From NCBI GenBank assembly GCA_937922595.1, contig CALAIY010000139.1, positions 1 to 19,654 on the forward strand: 19,654 bases of DNA, given 5' to 3'. Origin of the DNA: an uncultured Verrucomicrobiales bacterium (lineage in GTDB: Bacteria; Verrucomicrobiota; Verrucomicrobiia; Verrucomicrobiales; DEV007). Position numbers and translations under genes: made by a program. Shown one piece after another: positions 7,668-17,100 of the stretch (positions are counted from its first letter, which is position 1; the number at the start of each line of letters is the position of its first letter). The notes beneath the pieces were generated by a model. The model was not told the DNA's origin and did no database searches. It saw only the letters and a program-made list of their open reading frames with translations.

Positions 7668-9041
7668 CTAGACGTTTTTGAGGACTCCCGTTGAGTCGCC
7701 GAAGCTGGTGGCCTTTACTCCGAATTCTTGGAGCATGCGGACGTAGAGATTGGTAAGGGGCTCGCCTTTGCCTAGATTTACGTGGCGTCCGGGAGTGAAT
7801 GCGCCTCCGGCGTGTCCTGCGAGGGTGATGGGGAGGTTTTTATTGGAGTGGCGGTTTCCATCGGAGATGCAGCCTCCGTAGACGACCATGGAATTGTGCA
7901 GGATGCTTTGTCCGTCGATGTCTTCGGTGTTTTCGAGTTGATTGAGGAAATAGGCGTATTGCTCCATGTAGAAGCGATCGATTTTCGCGATTTTTTCTAA
8001 GTTATCCGCTCGGTTTTTGTGGTGGGATAGGTTGTGGTGGCCTTCTGAAACTCCGATGTCCTTGAAGTGGCGGTTGTGCCCTTCGTGCTCGAGCATGAAG
8101 GTGGAGATTCGGGTGGAATCGGTCTTGAAGGCGAGAACCATCATGTCCATGAGGAGTCGGATGTGCTGTGTGTAGCTGGTGGGGCGTCCGTCTGGCGGGG
8201 CTGGGGCTCCGGGGTCTGGGGGGAGGCCGAGGGATTCGATGCGTTCGACTTGGAGTTCGATTTCGCGGACGCCGGTGAGATATTCGTCGATTTTATGTTG
8301 GTCGGCGCGTCCGAGATATTTGGTGAGGGCGCGGGCGTCTTGCTGGATGAAATCGAGCATGGATTTTTTTGAGGCGTAGCGCTGGCCTAGGCTGGATGCG
8401 CGCTCGGTCTTGTTGCCGGTGCCGAAGAGGCGTTCGAAGACGGCGCGGGGGTTTGCCTCTGGCGTCATGGGCTGGGTTTTGGAGCGCCAAGATAGGTTGA
8501 ATTGGTAGGCGCATGAGTAGCCGGAATCGCAGTGGCCGGATTTGCGCACGCCGGATGTGGTGAGCTCGAGTGAGGGGATGCGGGTGAGATCGCGGGCGGC
8601 TTCTGCTGCGATCTGATCTACGGAGATGCCGAGGCGGATGCCTGCGCCGGATGTTTTTTTGGCACGTTGGCCGGTGAGGAAGGTGGCGATTCCTCGGGCG
8701 TGGTGACCGGCACCATCACGGCCTGAGGTGGCATTGAGGTGCTCAAATCCGGAGAATACTTGGAGGTGATTCCGCATCTTTTGGATGGGCTCGAAGGTGG
8801 GGCCGAAGGTGAAGTCGGAGCCGGTGCCGGTGGGTTTCCAATTGGCGACGTTGACGCCATTTGGAATGTAGAGGTAGGCCATGCGCAGTGGCGCGCCGCT
8901 GGGTGTGGTGGCTACGAGTCTTGATCCTGAGGCTTTGGCAATGCTGGGATGGAAGGCTTCGAGGGCTGGAAGCCCCATGGAGACACCGAGGCCGCGAAGG
9001 AAGCTACGGCGGTTGAGCTTGGAGAAGTCTTGTTGAGCCAT
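7668..9041 (-). CDS. DUF1552-family protein (Tat-secreted; partner of DUF1592-type cytochrome-c-like proteins)
   Basis: Twin-arginine signal 'NRRSFLRGLGVSMGLPALEA'. Family hallmark 'HNLSHH' (HxxSHH) near the C-terminus. It lies 44 bp downstream of, and co-oriented with, the DUF1592-type gene, matching the conserved two-gene arrangement known in Planctomycetes/Verrucomicrobia. Confidence 0.75.
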   Translation of the reverse strand: MAQQDFSKLNRRSFLRGLGVSMGLPALEAFHPSIAKASGSRLVATTPSGAPLRMAYLYIPNGVNVANWKPTGTGSDFTFGPTFEPIQKMRNHLQVFSGFEHLNATSGRDGAGHHARGIATFLTGQRAKKTSGAGIRLGISVDQIAAEAARDLTRIPSLELTTSGVRKSGHCDSGYSCAYQFNLSWRSKTQPMTPEANPRAVFERLFGTGNKTERASSLGQRYASKKSMLDFIQQDARALTKYLGRADQHKIDEYLTGVREIELQVERIESLGLPPDPGAPAPPDGRPTSYTQHIRLLMDMMVLAFKTDSTRISTFMLEHEGHNRHFKDIGVSEGHHNLSHHKNRADNLEKIAKIDRFYMEQYAYFLNQLENTEDIDGQSILHNSMVVYGGCISDGNRHSNKNLPITLAGHAGGAFTPGRHVNLGKGEPLTNLYVRMLQEFGVKATSFGDSTGVLKNV

Positions 9042-9085
9042 GGTGGTTTAGTTTAGCATGTTTGTGGATTGGGGGCGAGTGGGGC

Positions 9086-11431
9086 TCAGTTGTTGTCGTT
9101 CCGGCGTTTTTGGAATGGGGCGCTTTCTGTGATGCTGTGGATGAGTTGGCGGAGATTTCCGTTGCTGGATTCTAGGCGGGCTACGAGTTGATCGATGGTG
9201 GTGGCATCGTAGTATTCGATTCCGCGGCCGATGGCGTAGGTGAGGAGTTTCTCGGAGAGGCAGCGGTAGAAGTCGCTGCGGCGTTCGGTGGCGAGGATTT
9301 TTTTAAGCTCGGCGGGACTGGAGAATTTTTCTCCGGTGATGAGTTCGCCGGCGGCGTCGATGGGGGCACCGGCTTCTTTTTCGCGGAATTGGCCGAGTGC
9401 ATTGAAGTTTTCGAGGCCGAGGCCGATGGGATCCATGCGGGCGTGGCAGGAGGCGCATTCGCGCTTCTTGCGGTGGATTTCCATCATTTGGCGCATTGTG
9501 GGTGTGGAGGTGTTGGTTTCGCTGGCGGCTTCTTCGAGTTCCGGGATGTCGGGTGGTGCGGGAGGGGGCGGGGTGCCGAGAAGATTTTCGAGGACGTAGA
9601 GTCCGCGCTTCACTGGTGATGTGCGGGTGGGATTGGAGCTTACGATAAGGTAGGAGCCGTGGGTGAGGACGCCGCCGCGTTCGGGGTGTTTACTAAGATC
9701 GACTTGGCGGAAGGAGTCCCCTGAGATGCCTTTGATTCCGTAGAATTCTGCGAGCCGGGAATTGAGGAATGAATAATCGGCGGAGATGAGCTCTTCGATT
9801 GGGCTTTCGGATTTGAGGAGATGCTCGAAGAGTAATTCCGTCTCGCGCTGCATGTCGTCCCGGAGGCGGACGTCGAATGCGAGTGAGGCTTCGCGCTTGG
9901 AATTGAGTCCAAGGATGGATTGCGGATTGACGGGCGCGGATTGGAGATTGTTTACTTGAAGCCACTGGCCGGTGAAGTCGGATGTCATGCGGGAGGCGCG
10001 TGAATCAGCGAGCATTCTTTCGACCTGGGCGGGGAGGTTTTTGCGGAGCTCTTTGTTGAAGGCGAGGCTTAGTAGCTCGTCATCGGGAATCGAGCGCCAG
10101 AGGAAAAATGAGAGTCGGGTGGCGAGGGCATATTCGTCGATGGGGAGGCTTTTTGCTCCGGGGGAGTTTTGGCCGTGCTGGAGTTCGATTCGGAAAAGGA
10201 ACCGGGGGGAGCAGAGGCAGGTGGCGATGGCTTCTTTGATCCCGTCTTTGAAGTTCTTACCAGGGCGGGCGTCGACTTCTTCGATGATGTGCAGGAGGCG
10301 GTCGATGGTTTGAGTGTCGAGAGGGCGGCGGAATGCGCGGCTGACGAAGCTCTTCATGATTTTTCTGGCGTAGCGCTTTCTTGCGGTGCTGTTTTTGGGG
10401 GCTTCGCCATCGACGAAGATCATGCGGTAGCCTTTTGCGTATTCTCGCTGATTGCCATCTAGGGGGCCTTTGAGGATGAGGCGCTGGATGACGAGTGATT
10501 GTTCTTCTTCTCCTTTTTCGGGTTCATCAAGGGGGGTGAGGGAGAGTTCGAAGGGTGATTTTCCTTTTTTGAGTTTTGTTTTCCCGATGAATTGAATCGT
10601 GTTTTGTGAATCCCAGGCGACGAGTTCTTTGCCGATGACATTGCTTCCGGCGAGGAGTGCAAATTCGGCAGATTGGGTGGTGGCATCGGTGGCACCTCGG
10701 ACGGCGTATTCGAGAATGACTTTGTATTCGCCGGGCCACTGGATTTCTGCGGTAGCTTGAATTTTCTGGGGGGTCTTAAAAGGGAGCCAGCTGCCTGAGA
10801 TTGATTCGTCCGAGGGGGATTTGAAATTGGTGCCATTGATGTCGATTCGGGGGACTTGCGCGGCAGCTCCGGAGGGGAGTGCGCGAGAGACGACAGTTTC
10901 CGCGGCGGCGATGTATTTCTCCATGAGGAGTGGCGAGATGGAGAGGACTTCGCCGATGGTATCGAAACCGTATCCTGTGTCGTCGGGAGGAAATACTTCT
11001 GTGGTATCGAATTCGACGCCGAGCAGGTCGTAGACTGCGTTGCTGTATTCGGTGCGGTTCAGCCGACGGATGATGACTTTACCTGGATCGGGATTTTTGG
11101 GGTCGAGCTTGAAGACGTCGCTCTGGATCCAGGAAAGGAGTGTTTTCCGATCTTTGGGAGTTAGAGGCTCGCCCTCGGATGGGGGCATGATCTGGCTTTG
11201 GACGTTGCGCCAGACAGCTGTCCAATGCTCGATGTCATTGAGGTGAGAGGCGAGGTCTTTGAATGTATCTGCGGAGAATTCGCCTTTGGCAGAGCCTTCG
11301 CCGTGACACTCGTAGCAGGCGTTTTCGAGGATTGGCAGGATTTCCTCGTGATAGCGGTTTTCGGCGGTCGCTGTTGCGAAACTTAGGAGTGTGGCGATGA
11401 ATGCCTTTGGAAGTGCTGCCGGAGAGATCAC
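9086..11431 (-). CDS. Planctomycete-type cytochrome-c-like 'PSD' protein (DUF1587/DUF1592/DUF1595/DUF1588/DUF1585 architecture) with two CxxCH motifs
   Basis: 781 aa with a signal peptide. N-terminal 'CYECHG' and C-terminal 'CASCHARMDPIGLGLENF' are CxxCH heme-binding-type motifs. Overall size and motif placement match the DUF1592-family proteins that pair with DUF1552. Confidence 0.75.
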   Translation of the reverse strand: MISPAALPKAFIATLLSFATATAENRYHEEILPILENACYECHGEGSAKGEFSADTFKDLASHLNDIEHWTAVWRNVQSQIMPPSEGEPLTPKDRKTLLSWIQSDVFKLDPKNPDPGKVIIRRLNRTEYSNAVYDLLGVEFDTTEVFPPDDTGYGFDTIGEVLSISPLLMEKYIAAAETVVSRALPSGAAAQVPRIDINGTNFKSPSDESISGSWLPFKTPQKIQATAEIQWPGEYKVILEYAVRGATDATTQSAEFALLAGSNVIGKELVAWDSQNTIQFIGKTKLKKGKSPFELSLTPLDEPEKGEEEQSLVIQRLILKGPLDGNQREYAKGYRMIFVDGEAPKNSTARKRYARKIMKSFVSRAFRRPLDTQTIDRLLHIIEEVDARPGKNFKDGIKEAIATCLCSPRFLFRIELQHGQNSPGAKSLPIDEYALATRLSFFLWRSIPDDELLSLAFNKELRKNLPAQVERMLADSRASRMTSDFTGQWLQVNNLQSAPVNPQSILGLNSKREASLAFDVRLRDDMQRETELLFEHLLKSESPIEELISADYSFLNSRLAEFYGIKGISGDSFRQVDLSKHPERGGVLTHGSYLIVSSNPTRTSPVKRGLYVLENLLGTPPPPAPPDIPELEEAASETNTSTPTMRQMMEIHRKKRECASCHARMDPIGLGLENFNALGQFREKEAGAPIDAAGELITGEKFSSPAELKKILATERRSDFYRCLSEKLLTYAIGRGIEYYDATTIDQLVARLESSNGNLRQLIHSITESAPFQKRRNDNN

Positions 11432-11461
11432 GAAGCTACCCTCTTAGGAAGCGAGCCGCCG

Positions 11462-11504
11462 TCAAATGTGATTGATCGGGCTTCTGCCCGCACAGATCAT
11501 TTGA
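11462..11504. promoter_or_regulatory. Imperfect palindrome with a central GC hairpin (TCAAATG..TGATC-CGGGC-ttct-GCCCG-..GATCATTTGA) in the promoter region of the DUF1592/DUF1552 operon. It overlaps the stop codon of the HTH gene.
   Basis: Read directly: outer arms TCAAATG (11462-11468) and CATTTGA (11498-11504) are exact reverse complements. The inner CGGGC/GCCCG 5-bp stem (11477-11481, 11486-11490) has a 4-nt loop. The element lies 31-73 bp upstream of the ATG complement at 11431. On the plus strand it is followed by the T-rich 'TTGATTTTTGGGTTTG'. Confidence 0.35.
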
Positions 11505-11973
11505 TTTTTGGGTTTGTCTCTTTCATTGCTTGGAAATCGCCTTCTTCGCAGCAGCGGACGAAGCCTTCGGTGAAGGATTTGAGGTCGTCCCAGACTTCGC
11601 GGATGTCTTCGGATTCATCGTCTGTGATTTCGTTGTCGAGGGCTGCTTGGGTGATGGTGCTGAGGAGGCCGGCGAATTGTTTTACGATTTCGTTCGTTGA
11701 GGGGAGGACTTCGTGGCCTTCTTTGCAGCGACTTTTGGGGTTGCGAAGAAAGTAGCCGCCGGAGCGTTCGCAGAGCCATTTGATGATGAGGGGCTCTTGG
11801 GTGAGCTCGATCATTTTGGCTACTCGGTCGAGTGGGTTTCGGCTGCCGGAGCCCATTTCGGTGTTGGGCTGCGCCCATTTGTAGACTAGTGAAAGTGAGA
11901 CGCCAAGCTCGGCGCTGACCTCCTTCGGGCCACATTTTTTAAACGCTTCTCTAATGACTTCGTGGGATTCCAT
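11497..11973 (-). CDS. Small Cys-rich Cro/CII/YdaS-like helix-turn-helix DNA-binding protein (putative local regulator)
   Basis: 158 aa. The N-terminal HTH 'KEVSAELGVSLSLVYKWAQ' resembles the phage CII / YdaS-type pattern (LGVSxSxVSxW). The C-terminal half is acidic and holds five cysteines including a CC pair ('FVRCCEEGDF'). It is divergently transcribed from the flotillin-AAA cassette across a 104-bp spacer and is co-oriented with the downstream DUF1592/DUF1552 pair. Confidence 0.55.
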   Translation of the reverse strand: MESHEVIREAFKKCGPKEVSAELGVSLSLVYKWAQPNTEMGSGSRNPLDRVAKMIELTQEPLIIKWLCERSGGYFLRNPKSRCKEGHEVLPSTNEIVKQFAGLLSTITQAALDNEITDDESEDIREVWDDLKSFTEGFVRCCEEGDFQAMKETNPKIK

Positions 11974-12077
11974 CGTGGTAATATTGTAGCAGACGTTCGG
12001 TGGTTCGGGGGGATTGTAAAACAGCCTCTTTATTATACTTGGAACCAGATGCCTGTGCCGCTAGCATCGGTCACATT
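11974..12077. promoter_or_regulatory. Divergent promoter/operator region between the HTH regulator gene and the flotillin-AAA cassette
   Basis: 104-bp spacer between divergently oriented start codons, moderately AT-rich ('cctctttattatacttggaacc'). No consensus promoter can be read confidently. Confidence 0.35.
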
Positions 12078-14105
12078 ATGCTGCCAGTTGCTTTTCTTGA
12101 TTTGTTGTTGGGTTCTGTTTGGATCCTTGTCGCTATCGTTGCTTTTGTTCTTTTTGTCGTATTGGCCTGCGTCGCGGCGACGTTCTTCCGAAAAGTTCCT
12201 CAGGGAAAGGCGTTGGTGAAAACTGGTTTTGGAGGAGCTAAGGTCTCTTTCTCAGGGATGTTTGTGGTGCCTTTCGCTCACAAGCCGGAGATGATGGATA
12301 TTTCGGTGAAGAGGATCGAGATCGACAGAACCGGGCAAAATGGCCTGATTTGTAAGGACAATATGCGTGCAGATATCAAGGTGGCATTTTTTGTGCGCGT
12401 GAATCCGACTGAGGCGGATGTGCGGAAGGTCGCGCAATCGATTGGCTGTGCGCGTGCTTCCGATATTAAGGCAATTGAGGCGCTCTTTGATGCGAAATTT
12501 TCGGAGGCGCTCAAGACCGTTGGTAAGCGGTTTGATTTTTCGGAACTTTACGAAGAGCGCGATACCTTCCGCAATGAGATCATTAAACTCATTGGCACTG
12601 ACCTAAACGGTTTCTCCTTGGAGGATGCTGCAATCGATTACCTAGAGCAGACGCCGCTTAGTTCACTTGATCCAGACAATATTCTTGATTCTGAGGGTAT
12701 CAAAAAAATTACGGAGCTCACGGCGACTCAGGCAAAGCTCGCGAATAATATCCAGCGGGATAAAGAAAAGGTTATCAAGCAACAAGACGTGGAAGCTCGC
12801 GAGGCTATCTTGGAGCTTGAGCGTCAGCTCGCGGAGACTGAAGCGAAGCAGGCACGAGAAGTGGCGAACGTGCAGTCACGAGAGGAAGCGGAGACTAAGA
12901 AGGTTGCCGAAGAGAATCGCCAGCGTTCTGAGCAGGCGAGGATCGCCGCAGAAGAAGAGATTCAGATTTCCACGCAGAATCAGGAGCGCCAGGTGATCGT
13001 GGCGCAGCGAAATAAGGAGAAGACGGATGCCGTGGAGCAGGAGCGTGTGGAGCGTGAGCGCCAGCTTGAGCAGATCGAGCGGGAGCGGGTGACGACACTT
13101 AAATCAATTGAAAAGGAGAAGGCTGTAGAGATTCAGAAGAAGGAGATTCAGGACGTTATCAAGGAGCGCGTCGCGGTGGAGAAGACCGTCGTCATTGAGC
13201 AGGAGAAGATCAAAGATACGGAGGCGTTTGCGGGGGCAGATCGTGAGAAGCAGGTTGCGGTGACGCTTGCCGAGAAGGATGCGGAATCGACCTTGATTCG
13301 TAAAGTCCGCGAAGCTGAGGCGGACTTAAAGGCGGCACAATTTGATGCGGATGAAGAGGCATACAAAGTCACGGCTCGCGCCGAGGCTGCGAAGGGAGCT
13401 GCGGATAAGCGTGCTCAGGAAATCGTCATCCTTGCAGAGGCAGAGCAGGAAGCTGCGGAGAAAACGGCATCTGCACGGATGAAGCTTGCCGAGGCGGAGC
13501 GCGCTGAAGCGGCGGCGACTGGACTTGGACAGGCTGAGGTGCTTCGAGCCACTGCGGATGCTGAATCCGAAGGGATTGAGAAGAAGGCGGCAGCGATGAA
13601 GCTCTTTGAGGAAGCGGGGCAGGAGCACGAAGAATTCAAGCTCACTCTTGATAAAGAGAAGGCGGTGGAACTCGCCGAGATCGATGTTCAGCGCCTGGTC
13701 GCTGCTGAGCAATCGAAGGTGGTGGGCGAAGCCCTCAAGACTGCCAAGATTGATATCGTGGGTGGTGAATCTGAGTTCTTTGATCGTATTACCAAAGCTG
13801 TCACTTCCGGTAAGGTAGTGGATAGAATGGTCGATAATAGCGAGACGCTTTCGAACGTGCGCGATACCTTCTTCAATGGTGATCCCGAATACTTTAAGAC
13901 GCAGGTTCGCAGCTGGGCGGATCAATTTGGGATCAGCGCAGAAGAGATGCAGAATCTCACGGTGAGCGCTGTTCTTGGGAAGATGCTAGCGGGCGGGCCG
14001 GATGCCAAACAGGGCTCGGCGATTCGTGGGTTGCTGGCTGCTGCGGAGCGGTTTGGCTTTGCCAATGAAAACGCGGCGGCCGCCCTCAAGCAGCTCGAAA
14101 GCTAA
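12078..14105 (+). CDS. SPFH/Band-7 flotillin-like protein (YqiK/FloT-type) with N-terminal membrane anchor and an extended E/A/K/R-rich coiled coil
   Basis: The ORF is open from 12000, but I place the start at the ATG at 12078 (MLPVAFLDLLLGSVWILVAIVAFVLFVVLACVAA), immediately before the transmembrane helix as in YqiK/flotillins. The SPFH core reads 'KALVKTGFGGAKVSFSGMFVVPFAHKPEMMDISVKRIEI...ADIKVAFFVRVNPTEADVRKVAQSIG'. About 350 aa of heptad-like E/A/K/R-rich sequence follows (flotillin coiled-coil domain). At ~675 aa it is longer than typical bacterial YqiK. Confidence 0.85.
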   Translation: MLPVAFLDLLLGSVWILVAIVAFVLFVVLACVAATFFRKVPQGKALVKTGFGGAKVSFSGMFVVPFAHKPEMMDISVKRIEIDRTGQNGLICKDNMRADIKVAFFVRVNPTEADVRKVAQSIGCARASDIKAIEALFDAKFSEALKTVGKRFDFSELYEERDTFRNEIIKLIGTDLNGFSLEDAAIDYLEQTPLSSLDPDNILDSEGIKKITELTATQAKLANNIQRDKEKVIKQQDVEAREAILELERQLAETEAKQAREVANVQSREEAETKKVAEENRQRSEQARIAAEEEIQISTQNQERQVIVAQRNKEKTDAVEQERVERERQLEQIERERVTTLKSIEKEKAVEIQKKEIQDVIKERVAVEKTVVIEQEKIKDTEAFAGADREKQVAVTLAEKDAESTLIRKVREAEADLKAAQFDADEEAYKVTARAEAAKGAADKRAQEIVILAEAEQEAAEKTASARMKLAEAERAEAAATGLGQAEVLRATADAESEGIEKKAAAMKLFEEAGQEHEEFKLTLDKEKAVELAEIDVQRLVAAEQSKVVGEALKTAKIDIVGGESEFFDRITKAVTSGKVVDRMVDNSETLSNVRDTFFNGDPEYFKTQVRSWADQFGISAEEMQNLTVSAVLGKMLAGGPDAKQGSAIRGLLAAAERFGFANENAAAALKQLES

Positions 14106-14114
14106 GATCCTGCC

Positions 14115-17100
14115 GTGTCCAATGATGCACAGACCGCGATCGAGGGCGGTACCTATGAGGTGATTCGCGCGCGCCTCGCCGCTGCTGGCGAGGCGCTCGA
14201 GCAACGTATCGGCGCGCTCAATTCCGAGCGGCAGTCGATCTTTGGAGCGGTCGATTCTGCTCTTCTTACGACTGAGCGGATTACTACAGAGCATGCGTGC
14301 ACTCCGCGCGACATGACGGCGGTCGGTGGTGGGAAGTTCCTTTTCGGATATAATGTTCAGCTAGGATTGAAATCGACCACTGAGCTGGCGGATGTTTTTT
14401 CCGTCTACCGCTACGATAGTGAGGCAAATACGTTTCTCCCGGATGGGCTCGAAGGAGTGGATCTGGATCGCTTTGCGGAGGACTTTTCCTATCTTTATAA
14501 ATACTACCGTGAGACGAGTTTTGTAAAATTTCTCAAGCGTGGAGCACATCTTTATCTGGCTTTCCGTAGCGGAAAATCGGTCGATGATGTGAAGGCGTTT
14601 AAGTTTCTTCTTCCGGGTGATGGCACGGTCGAGTACTTGGGGAATCGTTTTGATCACGAGTATCTTTTTCCGCCGCAGCAGGAATTCGAATGGAAGCGGG
14701 CGCATCGGGATATGCACCGTGGAGGTGAGCATCCTCATATCTCGATTAATGATCGCGTCTTCGTTGAAACCGTCGGCGGGGATCTTACGGTAAAGGTCGA
14801 GGATAACACGGCTTCAGGCGGCGGAATTTATGCGGAACCGGTCGAGAATGTGGATCAGACGTTGGATGATGCCGAGATTCTTTACGCCGAGGTAGGCAGC
14901 TTGATCTTGCTGAAGATTCGTCCGTATCAGGAGGAGGCGTTTCGCTATCTTGTTTTTTGTGAGAAGACGAATGAGGTCTTTCGGGCGGATGCGATTGCGG
15001 ATTCGTGCGTGCTTCTTCCCGACGATCATGGAATTGTGGTGGCGAATGGATTTGTTCTTCAGACGGGGGAGGCGAAATTTTTCGATAGCGGTCTTGTAGA
15101 TATGCGCTTCGAGCGCCGCGTCGCTTCTTCGAACGGGGAGGATACGTTTTTCGTCTTCTATAATCGCGCTTCGGGAACTTATATTTTGCTCGCCTATAAT
15201 TTAATTGGCCAGAGTATTGAGACGCCGGTTGTATGTAATGGCTATAGTTTGTTTCCAGATGGGCGAATGCTCGTTTTCCGGACGGAAGATCAGCCGCAGA
15301 AGCATCATGCGGTGCAGATTTGGCAGACTCCATTTATGGAGGAGGACGGCTCTTCGTCGATCGAAGGGGCTTCTTATCTTGCTAAGATAGGAAATGCTGA
15401 AGTGGTGCGCTGCATGGCTGAGTGCCGGGAGGTGCTCAAGCTGATCGGGAAGGATGACACTTATGCCGATCTCTATATCGATCTCGTAAAGAAGACGCGA
15501 GATATCGTAGATAGCTATTTTTGGGTGGGGAGCGATGAGGCGCAAAATCTCCGAGAACCCTTGATGGGAGTGAATACGGCTGCTCAGGGGGCAATTGCAG
15601 AATTTGATAAGGTGCAGAAGCTACGCGCTGGGACGGCTGCTGAAACGGCTCGTGTGCAGGAGGTGGTGCGGAAGTTGCTCGCGCGTGTTGAGCACGAAGT
15701 TCCGGATGATATTCAGGGGTTTGTTCATGATCTTGCGGGGCTGCGAGGTGTTCGAGGAGAGGTGGTAGCGCTGCGCGATCGTCGGTATGTGGATCAGGAA
15801 TTGGTCAATACTCTCGAAGAGAGTGTGAAGGTGGCTACGGAAACGGCGTCGAATGGGTGTGTGCAGTTTCTCTTGGAGCCTCAAGCGCTTGATCCTTATC
15901 GCGCGGATGTGGGCGAGCAGGAGAAGGCGGCGGGAAAAATTGCTAAAGTTACCGAAGCGGAGGTGGTGGAGGAGGCGCTTGATGCTGCGGGTGAAGAGCT
16001 GGAGATGCTCATCGATGTGGTGGGTAATCTTAAGATTGAGGACACGACTGAGGCGACTGCGATTACTGAATCGATCTCGGATATTTACGCGGAGCTCAAT
16101 CGGGTGCGTGCGGGGGTGCGGCAGCAGAAGAAGGAGCTTAGCCGCGAGGAAGGTGCTGGGCAGTATCAGGCTCAGGTGCGGCTTCTCGGCCAGGCGGTGG
16201 CGAATTATCTTGAGCTTTGTGATACTCCGGAGCGCTGTGATGATTCACTGACGAAGGTGATGATTCAGCTTGAGGAGCTTGAGGGTAGGTTTGGTGAATT
16301 TGATGAATACGTTGCTGCTTTGGCGGAGAAACGTGAGGAGGTTTATGGGGCGTTTGAGACGCGTAAGCAGCAGCTTCTGGAGGCTCGCAATCGCCGGGCA
16401 GCGACTCTTGAGAAGAGTGCAATGCGTGTCCTTGATGGGATTGTGCGTCGGGTAGAGACGTTTTCGGAGCAGGCTGAGATTAATAGTTACTTCGCGGGCG
16501 ATCTGATGGTGGACAAGGTGCGTGATGTGATTGAAGAGCTTCGCGAGCTAGGGGATCCGGTGAAAGCGGATGGCATTCAGACGCGTCTGAAAACGCTTCG
16601 GGAAGATGCGGTGCGTCAGTTTATTGATCGTAAGGAACTCTACGAGGATGGAGGAAACGTGATCAAATTTGGGGATCATGCGTTTTCCGTAAATACCCGC
16701 GATCTGGAGCTTACTCTTGTGCCTCGCGATGAGGAGATGGCTTACCATCTTACGGGGACGGGTTTTTATGAGGAGGTGGCCGATGCGAAATTTCTCGAGA
16801 CGCGTGAGGTGTGGGATCAGGAATATGTCTCTGAGAGTCGGTGTGTCTACCGCGCTGAGTGGCTCGCGTATCAATGGCTTTTGAGTGCGCGGAATCTTTC
16901 TTTATCGGAATTTATGGCTGCTCGCTATGGCGAAGGCTATGTGAAAGGCGTTCATGATCGTGATGCACAGAAGATTATAGATGCGCTGATTCCAATTCGT
17001 GAGGCGGCAGGGCTCTTGGAATATTCGCCGGAGGTTCGGGCGGGAGCGATGGTTTTCTGGGCTGCTTGGGAGGATGAAGAAATGAAATCGCGGCACGCGG

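Noticed and set aside
7782-10836. Gly/Ala/Pro/Ser-rich ORFs overlapping the DUF1552/DUF1592 genes (e.g. 8067-8372 +, 9188-9619 +, 9693-9965 -, 10459-10836 -)
   Set aside because: These are low-complexity translations typical of off-frame reads of GC-rich coding DNA. The annotated frames carry the CxxCH, HxxSHH and Tat motifs.
11996-12018. 'GGTTCGGTGGTTCGGGGGGATTG', considered as a tRNA T-arm-like sequence
   Set aside because: No acceptor or anticodon arm context and no room for a 75-nt tRNA in the 104-bp spacer, so it is a coincidental resemblance.
12000-12077. N-terminal 26-codon extension of the flotillin ORF (MVRGDCKTASLLYLEPDACAASIGHI)
   Set aside because: It precedes the conserved transmembrane-helix start of flotillin/YqiK proteins and would leave essentially no divergent promoter space. 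The ATG at 12078 fits the family's N-terminus better. It is kept only as an alternative start.
13326-13925. 199-aa minus-strand ORF inside the flotillin gene
   Set aside because: It is the antisense shadow of the long GAA/GCG/AAG-rich coiled-coil region and translates to low-complexity R/L/S-rich sequence. The region is fully explained by the plus-strand SPFH protein.
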